Position numbers and translations under genes: made by a program. Positions 50,779 through 61,757 of a DNA stretch of 64,000 bases are shown here, piece after piece. The stretch comes from Candidatus Hodarchaeota archaeon (GTDB taxonomy: Archaea > Asgardarchaeota > Lokiarchaeia > Sigyniarchaeales > SOKP01): the NCBI GenBank assembly GCA_048887225.1, contig JBHLJY010000002.1, positions 64,001-128,000 of the forward strand, written 5' to 3'. Under the pieces are notes generated by a model. The model did no database searches, was not told where the DNA came from, and was given only the letters and a program-made list of their open reading frames with translations. Each line of letters begins with the position of its first letter. Positions within the stretch are counted from its first letter, which is position 1.

Positions 50779-50840
50779 CGAATTACTTCAAATTCCAATG
50801 ATTAATTAAATTAAAAATTAATTTAACTATTTTATTATAT

Positions 50841-52253
50841 ATGAATTCAATCCCTAAATTTGAAGAATTATTAGAAAACAGTAATAAAAATTTTATTAAA
50901 ACTGATCTTTTACCTTTCTTAAGAATCCCGAGTAACACTCTTAATAAAGAAGGGATAAACAAAGCAAAAAAATTTATTATATCTTATATATCAAGCTTTT
51001 CTGAAGAGATAAAAGAATATTCAGGCGAAATTAATCCTTTAATTCTCGCAAAAGTGAATGGTAAAATAAAAGAAAATTTGCTTGTTTACATGATGTACGA
51101 TACTCAACCAATTAATATAGAGAGCGAATGGTTAAGCGAACCTTTTGGAGCTGAAATAGTAAACCTTCCACCGCCATTAGATACTTTAGGAAAATGTATA
51201 ATTGCTCGAGGTGCTTATAATTCAAAAACTGCTTTATTATGTTTTTTAAATGTTATAAAAATATTGAAAGAAAATGATGCATTACCAATTTCATTATTAC
51301 TTCTTTTTGATGGTGAGGAAGAGAAAGGTTCACCTACTTTATTAAAATTTCTCGAAACTGAAAATCAAAAAGAGATTTTTGAAAAATGCATTGATGCCTA
51401 TTATCCATCAACAAAGCAAGATCTTAGTGGAAAATCGGTTTTAAAATTAGGATATAAAGGAATTTTATCGTTAACTATTATAGTTTCTTCTGAAAATAAA
51501 GAACCTCACTCAGCTTTTAGTGGAATGATTCCTAATCCTTCAATGGATTTGATTTCCTTGCTTAATACAATTTATTCTAATGGCAAATTTCATATTAACA
51601 CTCTAAAGAAAACTTACCGTCTTTCGGATGAAGAAAAATCAATTATAGATGATTTAATGACGAAATTAGATCTTGAGAAAATAAAAAAGAAAGCTGGAAT
51701 AATAAAGACACTTGTAGAGGATCCCAAACTGGCTTTTATTAATTATTTATTCAATCCTACTTTTAATATTTCAACGTTGAAATCCGGCTATTTGGAGGAA
51801 GGGGCGAAAAATTACGTTCCTAACAAAGCTATATGTAAAATAGATATTAGATTTGCCCATAATATTTCAGTTGATGAAATTTTTAAAGAAATAAAAGAAA
51901 AAGTCGAAAATTACGCTAAAGAATCTAAATCTCAAATTCAATTAATAAAAAATGTAGGATATGAAGGTTCGAGAGTTAATAAAAATTCAAATTTAGTTGT
52001 TAGTGAGATTGAAAGTTTAAAATTACTAGGCATTTCAACTGAAATTTGGCCATTAAGCGCTGCTGCTGCTCCTTTAAGTAAAATTCAAAAAGAAATAAAT
52101 TTAGAATTTATTAGTGGGGGTTTAGGCATTGGTGGTTTTGCTCATTCTCCAAATGAATTCATTCAATTAGATTCAATCATTAATACAAGATTATCTTTTT
52201 ATTATTTTTTAAAAATCTATTCAGAAAGAATTTTTATAAAAAAAGGTTTATAA
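50841..52253 (+). CDS. M20/ArgE-DapE family metallohydrolase
   Basis: YDTQP, ARGA, GEEEKGS, LGYKG, HS, AHSPNE. Confidence 0.85.
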   Translation: MNSIPKFEELLENSNKNFIKTDLLPFLRIPSNTLNKEGINKAKKFIISYISSFSEEIKEYSGEINPLILAKVNGKIKENLLVYMMYDTQPINIESEWLSEPFGAEIVNLPPPLDTLGKCIIARGAYNSKTALLCFLNVIKILKENDALPISLLLLFDGEEEKGSPTLLKFLETENQKEIFEKCIDAYYPSTKQDLSGKSVLKLGYKGILSLTIIVSSENKEPHSAFSGMIPNPSMDLISLLNTIYSNGKFHINTLKKTYRLSDEEKSIIDDLMTKLDLEKIKKKAGIIKTLVEDPKLAFINYLFNPTFNISTLKSGYLEEGAKNYVPNKAICKIDIRFAHNISVDEIFKEIKEKVENYAKESKSQIQLIKNVGYEGSRVNKNSNLVVSEIESLKLLGISTEIWPLSAAAAPLSKIQKEINLEFISGGLGIGGFAHSPNEFIQLDSIINTRLSFYYFLKIYSERIFIKKGL

Positions 52254-52580
52254 ATCAATTATTATAACCAAATTTTATGCTATAAGGTTATAACTTCCCC
52301 AAATCAAAATATGAAGCATAAAAATAGAAATCATAAAAAAATAGCACAAGAAAAAGCCCGAAGAAAATGGTAATTCATCCATTTTCCCGGCAAAACCTCA
52401 CCCTGCTCTCTCTCACTTTTTCAGAAGTTGGAAAGACCTTTATGTTAATTCTAGATACCTTAATATTTAATATAAGATATAGTGCTCTATACTTTTTTGA
52501 CTAAAAAGTTTAAAAATGAGAATAACAATTCATATATTATCCTATTAATATAAGAATATACCCATTTCACCATTTTTATT

Positions 52581-53114
52581 ATGCAAGACGCTTTGTTTAA
52601 AATATGTATTTTTGGAGACGGAGGCGCAGGAAAAACATCTTTGGTCAATAGATATTTAACTGGGATTTTTAGAAGTAATTCAAGGATGACGATTGGAGTT
52701 GACTTTCTATTAAAAAATTTAGAAATAGAGGGTAAAAAAGTAGTGCTTCAAATCTGGGATTTTGCAGGTGAGGAACGATTCCGTTTCATTTTACCAAGTT
52801 ACGTTAAAGGTTCGTCTGGTGGTATATTTATGTTCGATATAACAAGGAATACTAGTTTAGGAAACTTACCTGACTGGCTTGAAGTGTTTTACGAGGGTAT
52901 TAAAGACAGTATTCAACAGGTTCCTATTCTTATGGTGGGGGGAAAATTAGATCTTCACGATAGACGATCTGTTTATAGTATAGATGCAATTGATATGGCA
53001 AAAAAATATGATCTTTACGATTATATTGAATGTTCAGCAAAAACTGGTGAAAATGTGGAAATAATTTTTTATAAAATAGCTCGGAATCTAACTGAAATGG
53101 CAGGATTACTTTAA
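52581..53114 (+). CDS. Rab-like small GTPase
   Basis: GDGGAGKT, TIGVDF, LQIWDFAGEERF, GKLD, ECSAKTG. Confidence 0.93.
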   Translation: MQDALFKICIFGDGGAGKTSLVNRYLTGIFRSNSRMTIGVDFLLKNLEIEGKKVVLQIWDFAGEERFRFILPSYVKGSSGGIFMFDITRNTSLGNLPDWLEVFYEGIKDSIQQVPILMVGGKLDLHDRRSVYSIDAIDMAKKYDLYDYIECSAKTGENVEIIFYKIARNLTEMAGLL

Positions 53115-53880
53115 CTAATTGATTAGTTAGTTGAAATACTGAATTGGGAATTTATGAAATCCTATTTACTTCTAAAAAAATTTTTCCTTATAATATTAAC
53201 GAATATTTTAATAAAATTAATATTCTTTTGATTTTTTAAATAATATTATTTTCTCAAAATATGTTAATCTTTAAAATAATACCTAAAAACTATTCATTCG
53301 TTTCAGTAATAATGAGTTGAAAAAAACGAAATAGAAGAATATTCGCATATTTGTCGGCGATTATGATTTTAACCGATTAGATCAATACTCTTAAATAAAG
53401 GATTAATTAAGCGAATCCGCAAGTAATCAAATAATATCATAAAAAATATTCTAGAAATTAAATTATATGAAAAATCATTATTTAAAGAATGCTGTTAATG
53501 AGATAACAATATTTGCTTGTTAATATGCTCTATATAACAAGTGATTAATAAAACATATCAATTCATTAATAATGGGCATCAATTCCCATTTTTTGTGGTT
53601 AAAATCTTTGTTTCTGCTTATTTCAATGGTTAGATTGAAAGAAATCGTTAAGAATTGAAAGTAAAAAATACTATTAAATACCCAAATAGATTTTGTGAAA
53701 AAATAATCTTCTAAACAAATTATTTAAGAGTTTTTTCTCAAATTTAGAATCAATTAGTGGATAAGGGACATATCCGTTTTATTAGCTAATATGATTATAG
53801 CCAAAGTATATATTATAATTCATTAAAGATAATTTTTTAATAGAAAAATCTATATTTTAATAAAAAGCCACCTAAAAAAT

Positions 53881-55731
53881 TTGCTTATCGAAATGAACGA
53901 GTCTTTGATGCCAGAAAAAATATATAAATATCTTTTAAGCAATAAAATGACAAAAAGGGAAGCTGCCGAACATATAATATCATTAATCGAAAATAATGAC
54001 GAGGTAGATATTCGAATTAAGTGCATAGAAGCGTTTGAAAAAATCGATTTTAGGAGTGAAAAAATATTTAAAATATTAGAAAATTCTTTGATCTCAGACG
54101 AAAATCCATTAGTTAGAGCTTCCGCCGCCCAATTAATGATTAAGTTTTTCTTAAAAAAGAGTGAGATTCCGTTAAAATGGGCAATTCAACAAGATAAATC
54201 ACCAATCGTTTTTGTAACAATTTACGAATTATTAAAGAAACACGAAAATATTTATGTAGAAAATTTAAAGAAAGATACAGTTAAAAAATTAGAAAATTAC
54301 GTTCGAAAATATATTAACTGTGGCATAAAATCCCAAGAAGCCCTAATATTGGGCTTATTGGAAATCCTTACTGGAACTAAGTTAAATATGAGGAATGTTG
54401 ACGAAAGTCTATGGGACGGCTGCGAATACGATTCAGTTTACAAAATGAACAATAGTGGAAATGTTATTCTAATAGAAATTAAAGATATACATGGTATGCG
54501 TGAAAAATATCCCATTTCAATGATACCTGAGCAGATAGGTTCATTAACATCACTTGAAACACTATTAATTTTGGAAAATAAAATCAAATCTATTCCAGAA
54601 TCAATAGGGTCGCTCCATTCGCTTAAAAAATTGAATTTAAACTGGAATCTTATAAATACTCTTCCTAAATCAATTGGTTCAATAGGATCGCTTAAAATTT
54701 TAGAATTAAGAAGTAATAGACTCGAAGCAATACCTGAAGAAATAGGATTATTAAAGACGCTAGAAAAATTAGATTTAAGTAAAAATCAAATTCAAACACT
54801 AATAAAAACAATAGGTTCGCTTACTTCCCTTAAACATTTAGATTTGAGCCATAATAATATCCAATCAATACCAGAATCAGTAAGATTCCTTACTTCCCTT
54901 AAACGTTTAGATTTAAGCTATAATGATATAAATTCAATTCCAGATTCAATAGGGTCGCTATTATCGCTTGAAAATTTAAATCTGAGCCATAATAAAATAA
55001 CTACTATCCCAAATTCAATAGGTTCGGTTTTATTCCTAAAAAAACTAAATTTAAGCCATAACAAAATTCAATTAATACCAACTTCTATAAAATCACTTAA
55101 TTCCCTTGAATATTTAGATTTAAGTCATAATGCGATTCGAGATATTCCTAAATCAATTGGAAATCTTAATTCTTTGAAAAGCTTATTTTTAGACTCAAAT
55201 AATATTGAGAAAGTTCCAAACTCAATAGGTAATATAACTTCTATTGAAAGACTTTTTTTAAATGATAATAAAATTAAGGAAATTCCTGAATCAATAAGTT
55301 TGCTTACATCACTAAAAATTTTAAATTTAAGCGATAATACCATCGAGAGAATCCCAGAAGTGATGAGTTCACTTAAATCACTCGACAATTTATATCTAAA
55401 CAATAATAATATTCGAGAAATTCCTGAATCAATGATAACACTCAATTCTCTTAAAGTTTTAGAATTAAATAATAATAAGATTAGAATTTTACCAGAATGG
55501 TTAGGAGTGTTAAATAAACTCTTTCGTGTAGACTTAAGGGGGAATCTTGTTCAAGAAATTCCCTTTTCTCTAAAAGATTACTTTAAAAAAAAATTTGACC
55601 TATTGAGTCCACGCCCATATATTATGCTTACTGAATCTCTGGGAAATGAAAATTTTTTAAACTTGCCTGTGTTATGTGTTGATAAAAAAGGAAAGTACGT
55701 ACGTAAATTTAAATCCTATAAAATCGCTTAA
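53881..55731 (+). CDS. HEAT-repeat plus leucine-rich repeat protein
   Basis: SDENPLVRASAA HEAT motif; ~15 repeats IPESIGSLxSLxxLxLxxNxI. Confidence 0.92.
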   Translation: MLIEMNESLMPEKIYKYLLSNKMTKREAAEHIISLIENNDEVDIRIKCIEAFEKIDFRSEKIFKILENSLISDENPLVRASAAQLMIKFFLKKSEIPLKWAIQQDKSPIVFVTIYELLKKHENIYVENLKKDTVKKLENYVRKYINCGIKSQEALILGLLEILTGTKLNMRNVDESLWDGCEYDSVYKMNNSGNVILIEIKDIHGMREKYPISMIPEQIGSLTSLETLLILENKIKSIPESIGSLHSLKKLNLNWNLINTLPKSIGSIGSLKILELRSNRLEAIPEEIGLLKTLEKLDLSKNQIQTLIKTIGSLTSLKHLDLSHNNIQSIPESVRFLTSLKRLDLSYNDINSIPDSIGSLLSLENLNLSHNKITTIPNSIGSVLFLKKLNLSHNKIQLIPTSIKSLNSLEYLDLSHNAIRDIPKSIGNLNSLKSLFLDSNNIEKVPNSIGNITSIERLFLNDNKIKEIPESISLLTSLKILNLSDNTIERIPEVMSSLKSLDNLYLNNNNIREIPESMITLNSLKVLELNNNKIRILPEWLGVLNKLFRVDLRGNLVQEIPFSLKDYFKKKFDLLSPRPYIMLTESLGNENFLNLPVLCVDKKGKYVRKFKSYKIA

Positions 55732-55774
55732 AAAATTATGATTTTGAACATTTCAGGGAAAAATTTTTAAGATT

Positions 55775-56632
55775 TTACTCCTTAGAGAAGATCTCATCTA
55801 ATGAATTGATAACCAAATCGGGAATAATATTTTTATTTTCAAGATTCTGCCCTTTTGTTTTATGTTTTGAATTTTCAATCAGTTCCCTAGTTGTTACGCC
55901 AGTTAAGACAGCAATCGTTGTTATTCCAGCGCGATTTCCAGCTAAAATATCTGTATTTAATCGATCTCCAAAAATACAGGATTTTTGCGCTGGGATTTTT
56001 GACTCCTTCAAAATCAATTCTATGCCTGTCGGCTCAGGTTTTCCAAAAATTTTAACTGGTTTTTGACTAGTACACGTTTCTACAGCATTCACCATAACGC
56101 CAGCTCCAGGCTTAAGTCCCCTCGCAACAGGCAACGTAGCATCCGCGTTCGTAGCGTAAAATTGCGCATTACCCTCCAAAATGCATTTTTGAGCAATTTC
56201 TAATTTTTTATAATGAAAATCTCTATCAAGTCCAACGATTACGAAATCTATATCGTCATATTTAGATGGTTCCGTTACAATTTTATGGCCTAATGATTTT
56301 AATTCTTCTCGCAATCCACTTTCTCCGATAACAAAAATATCTGCATTTTTCTTTATTTCTGTTATTTCAGCCGAAGTTATTGAAGCGCTAGTATAAAAGT
56401 CAGAAATTTCACTTGGTATGTTAAATCTCTTTAATCTCTCAATATACTTCTGACGTGTATTTGTTGAATTATTTGAATTATAGACTACTTTAATGGAGAG
56501 ATCTTTTAAATCTTGAATAACTTTATCAGCATTTGGAATTAAGGCATCACCTCTGTAGATTACGCCATCCAAGTCAAAAATCGCTAATTTAATATCTTTT
56601 AATTCCTCGATTAATTCTCTCATTATAAACAT
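55775..56632 (-). CDS. HAD-IIA (NagD-like) phosphatase
   Basis: DLDGVIY, SNNS, TNAD, GKP, GDRLNTDI. Confidence 0.93.
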   Translation of the reverse strand: MFIMRELIEELKDIKLAIFDLDGVIYRGDALIPNADKVIQDLKDLSIKVVYNSNNSTNTRQKYIERLKRFNIPSEISDFYTSASITSAEITEIKKNADIFVIGESGLREELKSLGHKIVTEPSKYDDIDFVIVGLDRDFHYKKLEIAQKCILEGNAQFYATNADATLPVARGLKPGAGVMVNAVETCTSQKPVKIFGKPEPTGIELILKESKIPAQKSCIFGDRLNTDILAGNRAGITTIAVLTGVTTRELIENSKHKTKGQNLENKNIIPDLVINSLDEIFSKE

Positions 56633-56643
56633 CTATAATGTAT

Positions 56644-57798
56644 TTAAAACCATCCAATAGGAAAGCCTAATAATATCATACTTACCGCAATACCAATTGT
56701 AATAAAGATTGGGTTTAAAAGATTATCTGCAATAATCGTTGGAAAGAAATCTAATATAAAAAAGATTAAAGCTGCAATTAACGCGTAGACTGGACCAAGA
56801 ACTATCAAAGCTATTAAAAATGCGCTCCCCGTCCCTGCTATAAAACCCTCAATAGATTTTATTTCGCCACCTATACATTTAACTTCATGTTTACCATATT
56901 TTCGCCCAATTAAGGCAGCAAGGGCGTCTGAAAAACATGATATTAGTATTGCAGCAACCACGATTAATATATGAACTATTCCTATAAAGTAAAGCATATA
57001 AGAAAAAATAAAACCACTTATTAAATATATATGTGCTGCGAAAGCGTTGTATTCCTTATCTCTGAGAACTGCCTTTGTTAAAAAATTAAAAATCGAGTAT
57101 TCTGGACCCCATAGAATCCTAATAATATCGCTTATAATAGCAAAAAACAAAGCTCCAATTAGGGCAAAAAACGTAAGATCAACAACAGCTTGAAAATCTC
57201 CTTTAGAATAAGGGTAATCGTTAATATCTCCCCATATAATATTGTAAAACCATTCGGTTTCATTAATAAATACAATAATAGTATCGTTAATTATTCGAGT
57301 AACAGGAAAAAGAAAGAAAAAACCAAAATAAGCCAATATAAATCCAAAACCAGCTAAATGGAAGCTTTTTCTAACTGTTTCCATTTTAACAGAAATATTT
57401 TCTTTATATGGATTTTCTTGAGTCATAAGTGCAACAAATTTTCTAAATCTTGAAATTTTTAAATTCTTAGAATTAGGCTCTTCTCGATTCATTTGTTTAA
57501 TTATTTGTTTAATTATTGAAGCAAAACTAATGAAAATGATTAAAATTATTCCAATCCACCATATCATGAAACCATTGTAAGGATAAGGAAAAAACCAAAA
57601 AAATAGATTATATAATCCAAAAATTATAAAAAAGATTCCACATATAATTGTTGAACTCCCACCATAATGATTTTTTGCTTTATAACCTTTTATAGATATA
57701 TAAAACATGAAAAAAGCGAGGAGAAAGAAAAACAGTGAAAATATTGTATTATATATAATAGCTACAATATCCCAATTTATAATTGTAATAATTAACAA
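56644..57798 (-). CDS. Dolichol/phytol-kinase-like CTP-dependent membrane kinase
   Basis: RKSFH, SDALAALIGRKYG, KSIEG, DNL. Confidence 0.85.
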   Translation of the reverse strand: MLIITIINWDIVAIIYNTIFSLFFFLLAFFMFYISIKGYKAKNHYGGSSTIICGIFFIIFGLYNLFFWFFPYPYNGFMIWWIGIILIIFISFASIIKQIIKQMNREEPNSKNLKISRFRKFVALMTQENPYKENISVKMETVRKSFHLAGFGFILAYFGFFFLFPVTRIINDTIIVFINETEWFYNIIWGDINDYPYSKGDFQAVVDLTFFALIGALFFAIISDIIRILWGPEYSIFNFLTKAVLRDKEYNAFAAHIYLISGFIFSYMLYFIGIVHILIVVAAILISCFSDALAALIGRKYGKHEVKCIGGEIKSIEGFIAGTGSAFLIALIVLGPVYALIAALIFFILDFFPTIIADNLLNPIFITIGIAVSMILLGFPIGWF

Positions 57799-57858
57799 AC
57801 CAAATATAGTATTATATTTTTTCTATTGATTAAATTTTGATTTTTCTTAAATTTTAAT

Positions 57859-59097
57859 TTAAATCCATTTTATAAGTGATGAACAACCAATACCTTCACT
57901 TTGTTCAACCCTACCTAAAATCTTAAAGGTTGCTCCTTCTCTTCCGCATTCTGGACACTTATTTCTGGTTACCAATTCTACGTGATCATCTACAATCACC
58001 GCATGCTTTACGGACGCATTACTTCCGAAAGGAGTTAATACCTCTAAAAAACCCCTATCTCCATCTTTTTTCATAGGTTCTAAACTCTTAATATCTCTTA
58101 TTATTATTCTAGAATATTGTGGGCAATGAAACACAAAATCTTCTTGTTTATCGGACCAATGACTACCAAAAACAATTGGGCATTCTGTAAAACCAAATAT
58201 ATCAATCACTCTATCCCTCTCAAGTCCAAATAATTCAGCTATATTAGACACAAATTCTAATTTATTAATGGGATCATATTTCAACATTGCTTTATGACCA
58301 TCCCAGCCTCCACCACCCACAACTACATCAAGCTCGTTTCCTAAATTGTAAGTTATATCTTTTTCTCTTAAAAAATCCATGAATTTAGTTATTAAATAAT
58401 TACTTCCACCTATTCCAAAGTTATACCTTTCATCTTCTGGTTTTTTTAAATTTTTATTTATGGTTTTTATAAGATAACTTTGTTTAATATAAAATCCCCC
58501 TACAATACTATGTGTCTTTATGATCGCCTGTAGTGCTTTTAAAATTGAAAAAGTAAATAGATATTTAACTTTAGTCATTTCTTCCGAGACTTTATAATAA
58601 TTACCACTATATGCACGCACGGGTCTTTCTTTGGTAAATCTTGTGCAGAATCTATCCAGCATTTTTGCACTCGGAGAAAAAAGAAATACTTTTGCATTAT
58701 CCCAATCTCTAGGAATAAAGTCTAAAAAGCATTTTCTTGACATTTCGTGGAGAAAATCTATATCATTTTCATTAATTCCAACAAGAGACGGATCACCACT
58801 AGTAGTAGATGAACAATTCCAGTGCAGGACCTCGTTTACTGGAATTTTTAATAATTTTTTATACAAATTCGCGCTTTGTTTATAGAAAGTTGTTGAAATA
58901 AATGGAATTGCTGCTAAGTCATCAATGTTATTTAAATCATCTACATTAAAACCTGTGTTATCAATCATATCACTGTAGAAATTATTATTTTCTATATTTT
59001 CGGTGATTATTTCTCTCATTAATTCGATAAACTCAGTATCCTTATAATCTTTTTCAAGTGTTTGTTGAATTATAGATTTTGTTTCACTTTCAGACAG
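57859..59097 (-). CDS. LuxE-like acyl-protein synthetase (ATG 59019; possible CTG start at 59097)
   Basis: IPF...YK, SSTTSGDPS, GGGW.G, DIFGFTE, DD, FKILGR...GCS. Confidence 0.8.
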   Translation of the reverse strand: MSESETKSIIQQTLEKDYKDTEFIELMREIITENIENNNFYSDMIDNTGFNVDDLNNIDDLAAIPFISTTFYKQSANLYKKLLKIPVNEVLHWNCSSTTSGDPSLVGINENDIDFLHEMSRKCFLDFIPRDWDNAKVFLFSPSAKMLDRFCTRFTKERPVRAYSGNYYKVSEEMTKVKYLFTFSILKALQAIIKTHSIVGGFYIKQSYLIKTINKNLKKPEDERYNFGIGGSNYLITKFMDFLREKDITYNLGNELDVVVGGGGWDGHKAMLKYDPINKLEFVSNIAELFGLERDRVIDIFGFTECPIVFGSHWSDKQEDFVFHCPQYSRIIIRDIKSLEPMKKDGDRGFLEVLTPFGSNASVKHAVIVDDHVELVTRNKCPECGREGATFKILGRVEQSEGIGCSSLIKWI

Positions 59098-59252
59098 CGA
59101 CGTTTCCCCATTTGATTAATTTTAAATAATAATAAGAATATTCTCTCTATATTATATTATTCATCAGATATCATAATAAATATATTTTATTAAATAGGTT
59201 AGATAAAAATAATTTAATTTAATATGAATTTAAATTAATATAAGTTGATAAA

Positions 59253-60050
59253 ATGAACGCCAAAACAAAAAATTGGATTGTTTATGGTTTTCAGCTTCAG
59301 TTTTTTGTTGCATTGACGATTATCACTATTTTTATTGAATTTATATGGCTATTCGAAGGTTTAATTCATCAGAATCTTTCCGATTCGGATCCACCTAGTA
59401 GAACGGCTGTGCCCTCTGTTCAAGAAGTTGTTTTTTCAATATCGTTTGTAACATTTATGATACTGAATCTTGGCATGGCTAGCATTTCGTTGTATGGCTT
59501 TATTTTTATACTTAATGTCCTTAATTCAAATCCAGCAAAAACAGCCCCAGTTTGTGCCTTAGCGATCGATTTTGCTTTGGTAAATTTATTTCTTTATCAT
59601 TTTTCTCTTTATAAAGAGCGCTATTTTAATTACATTGCTCCATTTTTTCCATTTTCTATTTATTTTCATATTCCAAGCCTTATCTCTCAAATTTCTGAAA
59701 TTTTATTGATAATTGCCTTTTTTACCATTTTCCTAAATCTTCAGTTTGGGATTGAAGGTATATATAAATCACGCATACTTAAGACTAATAAATTGACTGA
59801 TTTTATTCACATTTTATTAATCATAAACGGAATTCTTCCAATTCTCGTTATTTATATTTATATCGATATGAATATCCTCAAAACTAATCTTATAGGGATC
59901 ATTTTTAGCCTGATTGTTGCCCTCTTATTAATTGGCTTCTTTAACTTTGTGCTGCGTAAAAATAAGATTAGGTATCCAATCGAAGCCATCGCTATCTGGC
60001 GTCACGGTAAGGTAATTACTAAAAAAGGAAAGGAAAAAAAAATTAAGTGA
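59253..60050 (+). CDS. Hypothetical multi-TM protein
   Basis: About six hydrophobic helices, basic tail. Confidence 0.7.
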   Translation: MNAKTKNWIVYGFQLQFFVALTIITIFIEFIWLFEGLIHQNLSDSDPPSRTAVPSVQEVVFSISFVTFMILNLGMASISLYGFIFILNVLNSNPAKTAPVCALAIDFALVNLFLYHFSLYKERYFNYIAPFFPFSIYFHIPSLISQISEILLIIAFFTIFLNLQFGIEGIYKSRILKTNKLTDFIHILLIINGILPILVIYIYIDMNILKTNLIGIIFSLIVALLLIGFFNFVLRKNKIRYPIEAIAIWRHGKVITKKGKEKKIK

Positions 60051-60367
60051 AAAACTAATTTTAATTATATGGATATATTAATAATCTCTCTCACGCAGCA
60101 AATAAATGCAAAAATTAAACCCGAAAATATAAAAACGATGATTGACACTACAAAAATATTTTAATTAACGAATAGAGAAATTAAATTTTGTAAATCAAAA
60201 GAAAAACATTTAAAACTTTATATAGAACTAAAATTTTAATTTATTATATTTGAAAAGAAAAAAAATAAATATAATTAAACTAAGATAATTATAACTAAAG
60301 TTATAACTTCATTCCAATCTAATTAAATTTTTCAATTTTAATCACATTTTTGGTGTAATTATTTCGT

Positions 60368-60736
60368 ATGGAGTCAACTCCCGAAACCTTGGATGTTATA
60401 CTTAAAAAATTATTATCTGCTATTCCAGAAGTAAAAGCTGCTGCAATTGTTTCTGTTGAGGGGTTACCTATCGCCTCAGCTTTGCCACAAGGCATAGATG
60501 AGACTCGAATCGCCGCAATGACAGCCGCTCTTTTATCTCTTGCCGAGCGAGCGATACAAGAGATGAGAAAAGGGGATTTTGAACAAGTATATGTAAAAGG
60601 CACAGATGGGTATTTATTAGTGTTAGCAGCTGGTCAAAATGCAGTATTAACAGTTTCAACGACGAAAGACGTTAGGCTTGGTTTAATCTTTTTAGATTGT
60701 AAGAGAACATGTGATAAAATCGCAAAACTCATATAA
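60368..60736 (+). CDS. Roadblock/LC7 (MglB-like) protein
   Basis: AAAIVSVEGLPIAS...RIAAMTAALLSL...VYVKG..GY...LGLIF. Confidence 0.93.
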   Translation: MESTPETLDVILKKLLSAIPEVKAAAIVSVEGLPIASALPQGIDETRIAAMTAALLSLAERAIQEMRKGDFEQVYVKGTDGYLLVLAAGQNAVLTVSTTKDVRLGLIFLDCKRTCDKIAKLI

Positions 60737-60877
60737 ACCGTTTTATTTAACTTTTAAAATATTAACACAATACCACAAACTATTAATTTTTTGGTATATT
60801 TATTATATTAATCTAAATTCTATTAAATAAGTCTAAACTTCCCAAACTCTGATTAGAATGGTCATATCGGTGGTCTA

Positions 60878-61441
60878 ATGTTTAAACTTTATACAATCTT
60901 CGGCAGGATCGAGATCCCACCATTTTTGTTTGATCAAGAAAAAACAGTATCGGCTAGGATTATTCTTAGTGAGGATTACGAAGGAATAATAACTAAAGAA
61001 TATGGCTTTATCATAGCTGTAGTTGATGTTCTTTCAGTTGGACCTGGTATTATTATTCCAGGAAATGCAAATACGTTTCACGAAGTTGAATTTACAATTC
61101 TTTCATTTAAACCATCCTTGCAAGAAGTAATTGAGGGAGACGTAGTAGAAATAGTAGACTTTGGCGCATTTCTTCGAATGGGACCGTTGGATGGATTAGT
61201 TCACGTAAGTCAAATTTGTGATGATTATATATCCTACGAGCAAGTTGGAAATAGATTTATAGGTAAGGAGACGGGAAAAATCCTCGAAGTAAATGACTCA
61301 GTAAGAGCAAGGATTATAGCGGTCTCACTCGGCATGGGCCGTTCAGGCAAATTGGGATTAACTATGCGACAAAAATTCTTAGGAAAGGAAGATTGGATTA
61401 AAAATGATATCGAAGAGGAACTTGCTGAAAAGGCAAGCTAA
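60878..61441 (+). CDS. rpoE1: RNA polymerase subunit Rpo7 (E')
   Basis: IPP, EG.VVEIVDFGAF..GPLDGLVHVSQI, GLTMRQ..LGK. Confidence 0.96.
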   Translation: MFKLYTIFGRIEIPPFLFDQEKTVSARIILSEDYEGIITKEYGFIIAVVDVLSVGPGIIIPGNANTFHEVEFTILSFKPSLQEVIEGDVVEIVDFGAFLRMGPLDGLVHVSQICDDYISYEQVGNRFIGKETGKILEVNDSVRARIIAVSLGMGRSGKLGLTMRQKFLGKEDWIKNDIEEELAEKAS

Positions 61442-61521
61442 ATTGGAAAAAATTAGATTAAAAAAAAATTGTCTATTATAGTAATTATAAGAAAAGAACT
61501 TGATTGGAGGGAGAAAAGGAC

Positions 61522-61713
61522 TTGTCGCGTGAAAAAGCTTGCAAAACATGCCACATCATAACTAAAAATGAGCAAATCTGTCCTAAATGCAAAACTCACA
61601 GTTTAAGTGATGATTTTACTGGAGAAGTTATTATTCTTAAACCGAATGAATCGAAAATCGCTGAATATCTTAAAGTTGGAATGCCAGGCAAATATGCCTT
61701 GCGTGTTCGTTAA
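61522..61713 (+). CDS. spt4: Transcription elongation factor Spt4 (RpoE'')
   Basis: KACKTCH...CPKC...S.IA....PGKYALRVR; follows rpoE1. Confidence 0.95.
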   Translation: MSREKACKTCHIITKNEQICPKCKTHSLSDDFTGEVIILKPNESKIAEYLKVGMPGKYALRVR

Positions 61714-61757
61714 TTTTTTCTTTTAAATTTATTTCAATATTGCAAAAAAAATGATTT

